Of a stretch of 64,000 nt of DNA, positions 40,584 through 49,538 are shown in pieces (the stretch's first letter is position 1; each line of letters opens with the position of its first letter). The translations under genes and the position numbers were made by a program. The notes under the pieces are model-generated. The model had not been told where the DNA came from. It saw nothing but the letters and a program-made list of their open reading frames with translations, and ran no database searches. The DNA lies in the NCBI GenBank assembly GCA_030706405.1, contig JAUZOO010000001.1, positions 79,762 to 143,761 of the forward strand. Reading direction: 5' to 3'. The stretch comes from Bacteroidota bacterium. GTDB lineage: Bacteria; Bacteroidota; Bacteroidia; Bacteroidales; JAAUTT01.

Positions 40584-41150
40584 TTATTTTGCACGTTCAT
40601 AATAAGAACCATCGCGGGTGTCAACGCGAATTTTTTCGCCTTGATTAATGAACAAAGGCACCTGAATAACAGCACCTGTTTCGAGGGTGGCAGGCTTGGT
40701 AGCCGACGAAGAAGCTGTGTCACCTTTAACTCCAGGCTCACTGTACGTAACTTCAAGATCAATAATCGGAGGGAGTTCGCACGACATCGGGGTATCGGTA
40801 TCAACGTGGTACATCACTTCAACGTATTGTCCTTCTTTCAAAAATTTAGGAGCATTAATCAAATCTTCAGAAATCGAGATCTGTTCGAATGTCTCCTGGT
40901 GCATGAAGTTATAACCGGCTTCATCTTTATAAAGAAATTGATAAGGACGACGTTCAACGTTGGCAATATCAATTTTTACGCCCGAGTTAAAAGTATTGTC
41001 GATAACTTTGCCGGAGGTAAGGCTTTTCAGTTTAGTACGCACAAATGCCGGACCTTTGCCAGGTTTCACATGCTGAAACTGAACAACCGTATAAATGTCG
41101 TTATTGAATTCGATAAATAAACCGTTCTTGAAATCTGCTGTTGTTGCCAT
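40584..41150 (-). CDS. efp: Elongation factor P
   Basis: 188-aa ORF with [15 protein letters not shown] loop and three-domain EF-P layout. Confidence 0.92.
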   Translation of the reverse strand: MATTADFKNGLFIEFNNDIYTVVQFQHVKPGKGPAFVRTKLKSLTSGKVIDNTFNSGVKIDIANVERRPYQFLYKDEAGYNFMHQETFEQISISEDLINAPKFLKEGQYVEVMYHVDTDTPMSCELPPIIDLEVTYSEPGVKGDTASSSATKPATLETGAVIQVPLFINQGEKIRVDTRDGSYYERAK

Positions 41151-41336
41151 TGTAAATTTTTTCGTGTTTTAAAATTTGGGCAAAAATAATTAAATCAGTT
41201 GATTGTAAAAAATATTTTATATCGTCCAGATTATGAAATGAATATTACATTACTCCGATTTCGCCCCGACTAAAGGCTTGCTATTAATGAAGCGATAATT
41301 ATAAATTCTTTTATATTTGCAGAAATTTTTTCAAAA

Positions 41337-41411
41337 GGTTCCATAGTTCAATGGATAGAACGACAGTTTCCTAAACTGTAAATTCGGGTTCGATTCCCGG
41401 TGGGACTACCA
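41337..41411 (+). tRNA. tRNA-Arg (anticodon CCT), CCA encoded
   Basis: Manual cloverleaf fold. Acceptor GGTTCCA/TGGGACT has two G-U pairs. D arm is GTTC-AATGGATA-GAAC. Anticodon arm is ACAGT-TTCCTAA-ACTGT. T arm is TCGGG-TTCGATT-CCCGG, with discriminator A plus CCA. Confidence 0.85.
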
Positions 41412-42921
41412 CATAGGACAAGTTGTTATTATTAACTTCTTGTCCTTTTTTATTTTCTGCAAAATCCGCACCAACACTACAAAGTAAAGTTAGCAATTCG
41501 TTAGGTTGTGTGGTTCGATAAGTATTATTCTCAAATACCAGTTTTTCAGGAAATATCAAACCAATCATTTTTTGCTTACCCTCTAAAGTTGCATTACTAT
41601 AATAAGTAGGTAAGTTGCTCAGTAATGAAACACCATATTTGCAATACTCCATAAATCCACTTTCAGCCCTTTTCAGTTCATCAATTCGTAAGCGAATTTC
41701 TGAACATTCCTTTGAAAGGTTTTCCTTTAGTCTTTTATATGCATACTTGTCTAATTCATCATTAACAAGTTTTTCGGCTGCTTTGTCCATTGTGGCAAGC
41801 TTTTTATTATACTCAGCTTCCAAGCGTTTAATTTCAGAGTCCCGGTCGCCTTCGTTCGTTTTAAAAACGTCCTCCATTATAGCCAAATACAATTGAGCCA
41901 CTTCAGGTTTGAAAGAAATATCACTTAGCCAGTTTTCAAATGTTTTATGTGCAACATCCGTTTTATAACGTTCTTTGCATCCCGGTTGACAGTGATAATA
42001 AAAGTATTTGCCACCATTACCATTTGAGGCACTACCTGTAAGGTTTTTACCACAGCAGCTACAAACTAAATAACCTCGCATAGGTAATTCATCCCTTGTT
42101 TTCGATTGCTTTGCTTTAATAGTCTTTTTACCATCAAGTACATTCTGCACTTCATAAAATAATTCCTGGCTGACAATAGGTTCGTGAATACCTAAAACGA
42201 TTTCTTCCGGCTCATCCCTATAAGCTTTAACTCTTATTTTGCCACAATAAACAGGGTTTCGCAATAAAGCCCAAAACTGGTTTTTACCAATATTCAAACC
42301 TTGTTTGTTCATTTCTTTACGAAGAACATCTATTTGCCAGGTTGCAGTTGCATAATATTCAAAGGCTTTCTTTATTAAATTAGCAGCTTCGGTTTTAACC
42401 AAAATTGGTTTATTAAAAGCATCACGGGCATTTTTATAACCAATAGGTGCAGTACTAACCCAGCGGCCTTCCTTCATGTTCTTGCGCATTCCGTTTAAAG
42501 TATTCAATGCCCTTCGGTCGTTTTCAACCTCTGGCAAAGACAAGTAAAACGAAAGCATAATTTTTTGTTCGGGAACTCTTAAATCGATTGGTTGTTCAAC
42601 TGCATTTACCTCAACACCCATTTTAGCAAGCTTGTCAATCATTCTATATGCCTCTGGTGCATTGCGGCTAAATCTGTCCCAACGTACAATGAGCAATTTA
42701 GTAACCAAACCTTTGTTACTTTTAAGAAATTCAAGGACTTTTTTAAACTCCGGTCTGTCATCAAAATTCTTGGCAGAGTAGTCCTCAGTGAAACACATAA
42801 CAACATTGTCGCCCGAATACTGGCAAAATTGTTCTAAACGTTCTTTCTGATATGGCAAGCTGGTTCCTTTTGCAGCTTGTTCGTCGGTCGAAACCCTTGT
42901 ATAAATAACTACATTAGCCAT
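41371..42921 (-). CDS. Large serine recombinase (resolvase/invertase N-domain + recombinase domain + zinc ribbon)
   Basis: VVIYTRVSTDEQ catalytic-Ser motif, a recombinase domain, a Cys-rich zinc ribbon (CSCCGKNL...YYHCQPGC) and a coiled coil. The last ~27 codons are encoded by the tRNA terminator and the tRNA 3' end, so the native C-terminus is uncertain. Confidence 0.85.
   Translation of the reverse strand: MANVVIYTRVSTDEQAAKGTSLPYQKERLEQFCQYSGDNVVMCFTEDYSAKNFDDRPEFKKVLEFLKSNKGLVTKLLIVRWDRFSRNAPEAYRMIDKLAKMGVEVNAVEQPIDLRVPEQKIMLSFYLSLPEVENDRRALNTLNGMRKNMKEGRWVSTAPIGYKNARDAFNKPILVKTEAANLIKKAFEYYATATWQIDVLRKEMNKQGLNIGKNQFWALLRNPVYCGKIRVKAYRDEPEEIVLGIHEPIVSQELFYEVQNVLDGKKTIKAKQSKTRDELPMRGYLVCSCCGKNLTGSASNGNGGKYFYYHCQPGCKERYKTDVAHKTFENWLSDISFKPEVAQLYLAIMEDVFKTNEGDRDSEIKRLEAEYNKKLATMDKAAEKLVNDELDKYAYKRLKENLSKECSEIRLRIDELKRAESGFMEYCKYGVSLLSNLPTYYSNATLEGKQKMIGLIFPEKLVFENNTYRTTQPNELLTLLCSVGADFAENKKGQEVNNNNLSYVVVPPGIEPEFTV
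41415..41452 (+). terminator. Intrinsic terminator of the tRNA-Arg gene
   Basis: 8-bp stem AGGACAAG (41415-41422) / CTTGTCCT (41439-41446), followed by TTTTTTATTTT. Confidence 0.65.
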
Positions 42922-43066
42922 TTTTACTACGTTTTTGTGCAGTGAATAACTGATAATCCAAATTGCCCAGTTTATAGAGCATTTGCCTGATTTGCTTTAC
43001 TTGTTCGTCTGTGTAACTTTTTCCGTTCTGTTGTAAAATCTTTTTACAAGTTTCTAAATTTAACAT
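42914..43066 (-). CDS. Small ORF (50 aa) translationally coupled to the serine recombinase
   Basis: Hand-translated as MLNLETCKKILQQNGKSYTDEQVKQIRQMLYKLGNLDYQLFTAQKRSKNG. Its stop overlaps the recombinase start by 8 nt (ATGGCTAA). It falls below the ORF-track size cutoff. Confidence 0.4.
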   Translation of the reverse strand: MLNLETCKKILQQNGKSYTDEQVKQIRQMLYKLGNLDYQLFTAQKRSKNG

Positions 43067-43126
43067 CTACTTAATTGCTGCACCTCAACCCCGGGGCTTC
43101 CGGTAGTATAGGCTATCTGCAATTTA

Positions 43127-43981
43127 TCAGGGGGCATCCCTTTTTATCTTTTTCTTTGTTTTTCTAACATATTCAACAATTTCGCCATTTTCCTGCACTA
43201 CTTCAATGGTTGCAAATTGCTGTTCTTTTAATATGTCATGTATTTTTTTGCATGCTTTAAAACGTTCTACACCTTCTATAAGGTCAATCTTTCCGTTTTT
43301 ATATCGAACTTCAATTTTCTCATAATTAGCAACCCTCAGAAATGCCAGCAATTCTACTTCGCCAATATCTAAAGGCAATTCCCCTTTGTATTTCGGTTTC
43401 AAATCAGCATTTGGGAAAAAGCTTTGAAGAATTTCGTTGAGGTTAATTTGCAGGTGGTTTTCTATGCTTTTAAACTCACGGGCTATTTTATACTGGCTGT
43501 AATTGGCAGGTACGGCCACACCATCCTTAAAAACCAATAGCAAAACAGGCATTTTATTACCAATAGCAAAGGCTGTATAAAATTCTAATAATGGCATAGC
43601 TACACCACATTTAGCACTTTCAAACTCCAAACTTTGTTTGGTAATTTTCAATTGTTCCCAACCCATACCAAACTCACGTAGTTCTTTAATAATACGCACC
43701 CAGATAGCGTCTAATATTGTAAACCTTCGCCAGCCCCGGCCCTCACGGTCGCCAATTAATAAACCTTCTTTTTCCCAGCTATTTAATTGCCTATACGTTA
43801 CAGATTCGAGCTTAACATTTCGCTCCCTATTATTGAGTATTTGAGATATTCTATTGTTTTTTAAGTCAGTAAAGTAGTTATAAAATCCACTTTCAAATGC
43901 ATCATTTCTGTAAAGGTCAACTGCCTCATTTCCTTTTTTTTCTATATTTGTAGTTGCACCCATTTCAGTTGGATATTTCAA
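43127..43981 (-). CDS. MerR-like HTH domain protein with unknown C-terminal domain
   Basis: The segment VTYRQLNSWEKEGLLIGDREGRGWRRFTILDAIWVRIIKELREFG resembles a MerR-type HTH-wing. The remaining ~170 aa are unassigned. Confidence 0.55.
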   Translation of the reverse strand: MKYPTEMGATTNIEKKGNEAVDLYRNDAFESGFYNYFTDLKNNRISQILNNRERNVKLESVTYRQLNSWEKEGLLIGDREGRGWRRFTILDAIWVRIIKELREFGMGWEQLKITKQSLEFESAKCGVAMPLLEFYTAFAIGNKMPVLLLVFKDGVAVPANYSQYKIAREFKSIENHLQINLNEILQSFFPNADLKPKYKGELPLDIGEVELLAFLRVANYEKIEVRYKNGKIDLIEGVERFKACKKIHDILKEQQFATIEVVQENGEIVEYVRKTKKKIKRDAP

Positions 43982-44002
43982 TACACAAATATAATAATTT
44001 TA

Positions 44003-44014
44003 TACCATATGGTA
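44003..44014. promoter_or_regulatory. Perfect 12-bp palindrome TACCATATGGTA in the divergent promoter region
   Basis: It lies between the divergently transcribed MerR-like gene (start 43981) and the 290-aa gene that leads the R-M operon (start 44071). Confidence 0.4.
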
Positions 44015-44070
44015 AGATTTATTCTATATAATTTTAAGTTATTTTGACCAATGTAAAAACCTATTAATCA

Positions 44071-44943
44071 ATGCCTAATAATCAAAAACTAACCCTGCCA
44101 AAGCAAGCCAACTTTGAAGTATTCCGTTATCAATTAGTAGTCGATAAAGTACTGCAACTAAACATGTACGATTATAAATCGGCTGAAGACATTCGAGCTG
44201 ATAAAAACAAAATCTTACAAAAGCTTATTACAGATGATACTTTCAAGTTCTACAACTCGCAATCCGAAATATATTCCAAGTTACTACATACCAACGGCAC
44301 GTTAAGTTATTTCAGACTTGGGGTTAAACGAAATACTAAGGTTTTTAAAAAAGATTTCTCCGAAGATTATATAGAAAATTATCCCAACATTATTGTTGCA
44401 ATAAATAACGACCCCAACGTTCAAAAGATAGCAATACAAAGCAATACACATGCATTTCAGGATTGCAACACGGTAAGTCATATTATTCAAAAGACGATTG
44501 ACCCAAAGATTAAAAAAAGCAATCTTTCTTTTTTTGTTGAACCACTATTCGACAAACAAGAGTTTTGGAATTTGATTAAAAAATATCCAAAACAGGTGAA
44601 ACAGGTAACATTTAACCTCATTTCGCCCAACCTAGCCAACATATCAAAAAACCTAAAACTCGACCTCAAAAGTCTTTATGAAGACACCAATACATTAAAA
44701 ACAAAGGTTGAGTTAAATGCTGATGAGGAAAGTTATCTAGATATAAAAGAAAACAGTACGTTTGTAAATAGCCTCGTTGATTATAGTGCCGATGGTGGTG
44801 GAAATATTCAAATGCGGGTGAAAGGCATACGAAAAGCTTTACATACTGCTCAATCTCCAAGCGATTTTAATGTTGATGAACTATTGTTAAAATCAGAGAA
44901 CTGGGACGAGTTGGATAGATTATTTAATGATATTTTGATATAG
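44071..44943 (+). CDS. Hypothetical protein (290 aa), first gene of the R-M operon
   Basis: Long ORF with island-like AT-rich codon usage, ending 28 nt upstream of hsdR. No motif recognised. Confidence 0.6.
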   Translation: MPNNQKLTLPKQANFEVFRYQLVVDKVLQLNMYDYKSAEDIRADKNKILQKLITDDTFKFYNSQSEIYSKLLHTNGTLSYFRLGVKRNTKVFKKDFSEDYIENYPNIIVAINNDPNVQKIAIQSNTHAFQDCNTVSHIIQKTIDPKIKKSNLSFFVEPLFDKQEFWNLIKKYPKQVKQVTFNLISPNLANISKNLKLDLKSLYEDTNTLKTKVELNADEESYLDIKENSTFVNSLVDYSADGGGNIQMRVKGIRKALHTAQSPSDFNVDELLLKSENWDELDRLFNDILI

Positions 44944-44971
44944 AAATTTATTAAAAAGTAGATTAAAAATA

Positions 44972-47752
44972 ATGCACAATCAAAATCCTGAACAAATAGC
45001 CCGCGATAATATCGACAAGCAGTTAGTTGCTTGTGGCTGGATTATTCAGGATAAGGCAAAAATAAATTTAGGTGCTGGAATTGGTGTTGCAATTAGAGAA
45101 TATCAAACAGATGCAGGCCCTGCTGATTATGTGTTGTTCATTAACAAAAAACCTGTTGGTGTTATAGAGGCAAAAAAGGAAGAAGAAGGTATTCACCTTA
45201 TATCTGTTGAAGACCAATCAAGCGAATATGCTTCGGCTAAACTTAAATATTTGAACAACGACCCATTACCGTTTGTATATGAAAGTACTGGCGAGATAAC
45301 ACGTTTTACTGATTATAGAGACCCTAAACCAAGGTCTCGCAATCTGTTTACATTTCATAAGCCTGAAACTTTAATACAGTGGATTAAGGAAGAAAGGACA
45401 CTTAGAGCCAGACTATTCGATATTCCTGAACTTAAAACGGACGGTTTAAGAGATTGCCAAATAAAAGCTATTAACAAACTCGAAAATTCGTTCCGTGAAA
45501 ACAGACCAAAAGCCTTGGTTCAGATGGCTACTGGTTCAGGAAAAACATTTACGGCAATAACATTTATTTACCGGTTGCTAAAATATGCTAAAGCAAAAAG
45601 AATTTTGTTTTTAGTTGACACCAAAAATCTTGGCGAACAGGCCGAACAGGAGTTTATGGCTTACGTTCCGAATGATGATAATAGAAAATTCACAGAGCTT
45701 TATGGCGTACATCGGTTAAAGTCCGGGTTTATTCCTACTGACAATAAGGTGTATATATCTACAATTCAACGTTTTTATTCAATTCTTAGAGGCGAAGAAC
45801 TTGACGAGAAAGCAGAAGAAACTAACCCAGGTGAAATTAAATGGGACAAAAGAGAACCTATACCAGTGGTTTATAACCCTAAAGTTCCTTTAGAATTTTT
45901 TGATTTTGTAATCATAGACGAATGTCATAGAAGCATTTATAATCTTTGGAAACAAGTACTTGATTATTTCGATAGCTTTTTAATAGGCTTAACAGCAACA
46001 CCCGACAATCGAACATTTGGCTTTTTCAACCAAAATATAGTTAGTGAATACACCCATGAACAGGCTGTTGCCGATGGTGTAAACGTTGGGTTTAATGTAT
46101 ACCAAATTGAAACCGAGATAACTAAAAAAGGAAGTGTAATTTGGAAAGGCGAATTTGTTGACCACCGAGAGAAGCTAACACGCAAAAAGCGGTGGGAACA
46201 GTTGGACGAAGATAAAACATACAGTAACAAACAATTGGATGACGATGTGGTAAATCCAAACCAAATTCGGCTAATTATTAAAACGTTTAAGGAGCATTTG
46301 CCTGAGATGTTTACCGAACGTTTTGACGAACATAATGTTTTTGAAGTACCTAAAACATTGATATTTGCTAAAACCGATTCACACGCCGATGATATTATTC
46401 AAATTGTAAGGGAAGAGTTTGCTGAAGAAAATAAATTCTGCAAAAAAATAACATACAACACCGACGACCCCAAAGGCACTTTGGCTCAGTTTCGGAACGA
46501 CTATCACCCACGTATTGCTGTAACAGTCGATATGATTGCTACGGGCACTGATGTAAAACCGTTGGAATGTTTACTTTTTATGCGTGATGTAAAAAGCCGT
46601 AACTACTTCGAACAAATGAAAGGGCGTGGCACAAGAACCATTACATTAGACGATTTGCGGAAGGTTACACCAACAGCCAAATTTACCAAAGACCATTTTG
46701 TAATTGTCGATGCTATTGGAGTAACCAAAAGTTTAAAAACAGATAGTCGGCCATTGGAAAAGAAACCCGGTGTTCCCTTAAAAGATTTACTGGGAGCTAT
46801 TGCTGTTGGTGCTCGTGACGAAGATTTGTTTACCACGTTGGCCGGACGTTTAGCTCGTTTAGATAAACAATTAACTGAAAAAGAAAAAATAGTTTTTGCT
46901 GAAAAAACCGGAGGAAAAACTATCTCACAAGTTGTAAATGACCTTCTAAATGCTTTTAATCCCGATGTTTTGGACGAAGTTCGCCAGGATATTGCAAGGA
47001 AATATGTTGGGGAAGCGCCTGCATTTATTGATGAAAAATACAACATACAATCTTCCGTATTAATTGAGAATGCAGCCTCAATATTTACGGGCGAGCTTAA
47101 TGAATATATTGAAAAAGTGCGTAAAGCCCATTCGCAGGTTATTGACCATATAAACCCCGATAAATTGCTCAATGTGGGTTGGGACAAACAAAATTCTGAA
47201 AAAGCAGAAACACTTATTCAGGATTTCGCAACATGGATAGATAGTAACAAAGATGAAATTACCGCTTTACAGATTTTTTACGGGCAGCCTTTTCGTCGCC
47301 GTGAACTAACCTATAAGATGATAAAGGATGTTTACGAGAAACTTAAAACCGATAAACCTTTACTTGCCCCGCTTCATATTTGGCGAGCATACGAACAATT
47401 AGGACAAACCAATAATGGTTCGCCTAAAAACGAATTAATAGCACTGGTTTCGCTTATCCGCAAAATATCAGGTATTGACACCGCACTTACACCTTATGAT
47501 AAAATTGTAGACAAAAACTTTCAGGATTGGGTATGGAAACGCCATTCCGGGGCAGGACAGAAATTTTCTGAGGAACAAATGGAATGGTTACGAATGATGA
47601 AAGATTATGTAGCCAATAGCTTTCATATTGATAGGGACGATTTCGATTTAAGCCCCTTTAATGCCAATGGTGGTTTAACCAAAATGTGGGCTTTGTTTGG
47701 CGAACAAACCGATGAAATTATTAACGAATTAAACGAGGCTTTAGCAGCATAG
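44972..47752 (+). CDS. hsdR: Type I restriction endonuclease subunit R
   Basis: N-terminal PD-(D/E)xK nuclease (ADYVLF...VGVIEAKKEE), helicase motif I QMATGSGKT, motif II IIDECHRS, and a long C-terminal helical domain resembling the EcoEI-type R C-terminus. Confidence 0.9.
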   Translation: MHNQNPEQIARDNIDKQLVACGWIIQDKAKINLGAGIGVAIREYQTDAGPADYVLFINKKPVGVIEAKKEEEGIHLISVEDQSSEYASAKLKYLNNDPLPFVYESTGEITRFTDYRDPKPRSRNLFTFHKPETLIQWIKEERTLRARLFDIPELKTDGLRDCQIKAINKLENSFRENRPKALVQMATGSGKTFTAITFIYRLLKYAKAKRILFLVDTKNLGEQAEQEFMAYVPNDDNRKFTELYGVHRLKSGFIPTDNKVYISTIQRFYSILRGEELDEKAEETNPGEIKWDKREPIPVVYNPKVPLEFFDFVIIDECHRSIYNLWKQVLDYFDSFLIGLTATPDNRTFGFFNQNIVSEYTHEQAVADGVNVGFNVYQIETEITKKGSVIWKGEFVDHREKLTRKKRWEQLDEDKTYSNKQLDDDVVNPNQIRLIIKTFKEHLPEMFTERFDEHNVFEVPKTLIFAKTDSHADDIIQIVREEFAEENKFCKKITYNTDDPKGTLAQFRNDYHPRIAVTVDMIATGTDVKPLECLLFMRDVKSRNYFEQMKGRGTRTITLDDLRKVTPTAKFTKDHFVIVDAIGVTKSLKTDSRPLEKKPGVPLKDLLGAIAVGARDEDLFTTLAGRLARLDKQLTEKEKIVFAEKTGGKTISQVVNDLLNAFNPDVLDEVRQDIARKYVGEAPAFIDEKYNIQSSVLIENAASIFTGELNEYIEKVRKAHSQVIDHINPDKLLNVGWDKQNSEKAETLIQDFATWIDSNKDEITALQIFYGQPFRRRELTYKMIKDVYEKLKTDKPLLAPLHIWRAYEQLGQTNNGSPKNELIALVSLIRKISGIDTALTPYDKIVDKNFQDWVWKRHSGAGQKFSEEQMEWLRMMKDYVANSFHIDRDDFDLSPFNANGGLTKMWALFGEQTDEIINELNEALAA

Positions 47753-47753
47753 G

Positions 47754-49538
47754 ATGGAGAAAGAGATTATTTCAAACACAATTAATGAGGTGCCGAAAGG
47801 CTGGATAGTTGCTAAACTCAGTGACATGGTAGTTGACCCAAAAAAAGATTTTGTTGACGGCCCTTTCGGCTCAGACTTAAAGGCGAGTGAGTATAAAGAT
47901 GAAGGCGTTCCAGTTTTTAGAATACAAAATATAAAAGCAGGTTATTTTTTAGATAAAAATATTCAGTTTGTTACAAAACAAAAGGCAGAACAACTTAAAA
48001 GACATTCCTTTAAACAAGGAGATATTATTATTACTAAACTTGGAGAACCATTAGGCTTATGTTGTAAAGTTCCTCATAAGTACCCTGAAGGAATAATTGT
48101 TGCTGATTTGATGAGGGTACGTCCAAGTCCAACAATAGTAGATACTGATTATTTAGTATATGCTATTAATAGTAAAATAATTCAAGACCAATTTAAAAAT
48201 ATTACAAAAGGAACAACCAGAGCTAGGGTAAACCTATCAATTGTAAGAGATATTGAAATTCCTATTGCACCTGCAAGTGAACAGAAAAGAATAGTAAATA
48301 AACTGGAAGAACTAATCAGCGAATTAGAAAAGGGGAAGGAGCATATACAAATATCTTTAGAACAATTACGAGTTTATAAGCAATCCGTTTTAAAATTTGC
48401 CTTTGAAGGAAAATTAACTGAAGAATGGCGCAATAAACAAAAAAAGCTAAAAACTCCAAATGAACTAGTTGCTGAAATTAATAATGAAAGAGAAAAAAAA
48501 TACAACAACCTATTAAGTAATTATAGAGAAGGCTTAACAAAAGTAAAACCGCAAATTCCCAAAGAAATCAGCCTAATTTCCCAAAATGAATTACTTGAAT
48601 TACCTAAATTGCCAGATGGTTGGTGTTGGATAAAAGTTGCGTCCTTAGGAGCTATCGAAACAGGAACAACTCCAAGTAAAACAAGACCTGATAATTTTGG
48701 TGTTGACTATCCCTTTTTTAAACCAACGGAACTAAATGCAGGTTATAATGTAAGAGAAGCAACAGAATATTTATCAGAAAAAGGAATAAAAAGTGCTAGA
48801 TTTTTACCTATTAATTCAATTTTAGTTACTTGTATTGGTGCTACAATTGGAAAAGCTGGAATAATTAGGCGTTCAGGCGCAAGCAATCAACAAATAAATG
48901 CCATAATACCATATGAGATTTTCAACCCTAATTTCATCTATTTTCAGGTAATTAGTCGGTTTTTCCAAGACCAGATAAAAAATAATGCAGCTGCGACCAC
49001 TCTTCCTATACTTAATAAATCAAAATTTGAAAATTTGTATTTTGCAATTTGTTCTAATGAAGAGCAAAATATATTAGTCAATGAATTAGATAATAAATTT
49101 TCCAATTGTGAGAACTTGGAAATAACTATAAACCAATCATTACTAAAATGTGATACTTTAAAGCAAAGCATATTGCAGAAAGCATTTAAAGGTAAATTAG
49201 TGAAACAAGAGCCAAGTGATGAATCAGCTGGTGTTTTACTAGATAGGATAAAAAAGGAAAGAGAAGAATATATAAAAAATGAAAAAGAAAAGGCCACTAA
49301 TCTTAAAAAGATGAAACCTAAAGAAATAATAAATCAAAAAGACTTATCACTTAAAGAGATTATATATAATTCATTCTCTTATGGTGAATTTACATTTAAT
49401 GAGTTAAGACGGGTTGTAGAACTTAACTATGACGATTTAAGAGATGAACTTTTTAAGCTGCTTGATGAGGGTATATCAATTGAAATGTATTTTGATAAAA
49501 TGGAGGAAGTAATGAAATATAAATATATTGGCAAATGA
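47754..49538 (+). CDS. hsdS: Type I restriction-modification specificity subunit S (long form, 594 aa)
   Basis: Two target-recognition domains, each followed by a conserved helix (IAPASEQKRIVNKLEELISELEKG...; CSNEEQNILVNELDNKFS...LKQSILQKAFKGKLV). An extra ~100-aa tail follows. Confidence 0.88.
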   Translation: MEKEIISNTINEVPKGWIVAKLSDMVVDPKKDFVDGPFGSDLKASEYKDEGVPVFRIQNIKAGYFLDKNIQFVTKQKAEQLKRHSFKQGDIIITKLGEPLGLCCKVPHKYPEGIIVADLMRVRPSPTIVDTDYLVYAINSKIIQDQFKNITKGTTRARVNLSIVRDIEIPIAPASEQKRIVNKLEELISELEKGKEHIQISLEQLRVYKQSVLKFAFEGKLTEEWRNKQKKLKTPNELVAEINNEREKKYNNLLSNYREGLTKVKPQIPKEISLISQNELLELPKLPDGWCWIKVASLGAIETGTTPSKTRPDNFGVDYPFFKPTELNAGYNVREATEYLSEKGIKSARFLPINSILVTCIGATIGKAGIIRRSGASNQQINAIIPYEIFNPNFIYFQVISRFFQDQIKNNAAATTLPILNKSKFENLYFAICSNEEQNILVNELDNKFSNCENLEITINQSLLKCDTLKQSILQKAFKGKLVKQEPSDESAGVLLDRIKKEREEYIKNEKEKATNLKKMKPKEIINQKDLSLKEIIYNSFSYGEFTFNELRRVVELNYDDLRDELFKLLDEGISIEMYFDKMEEVMKYKYIGK

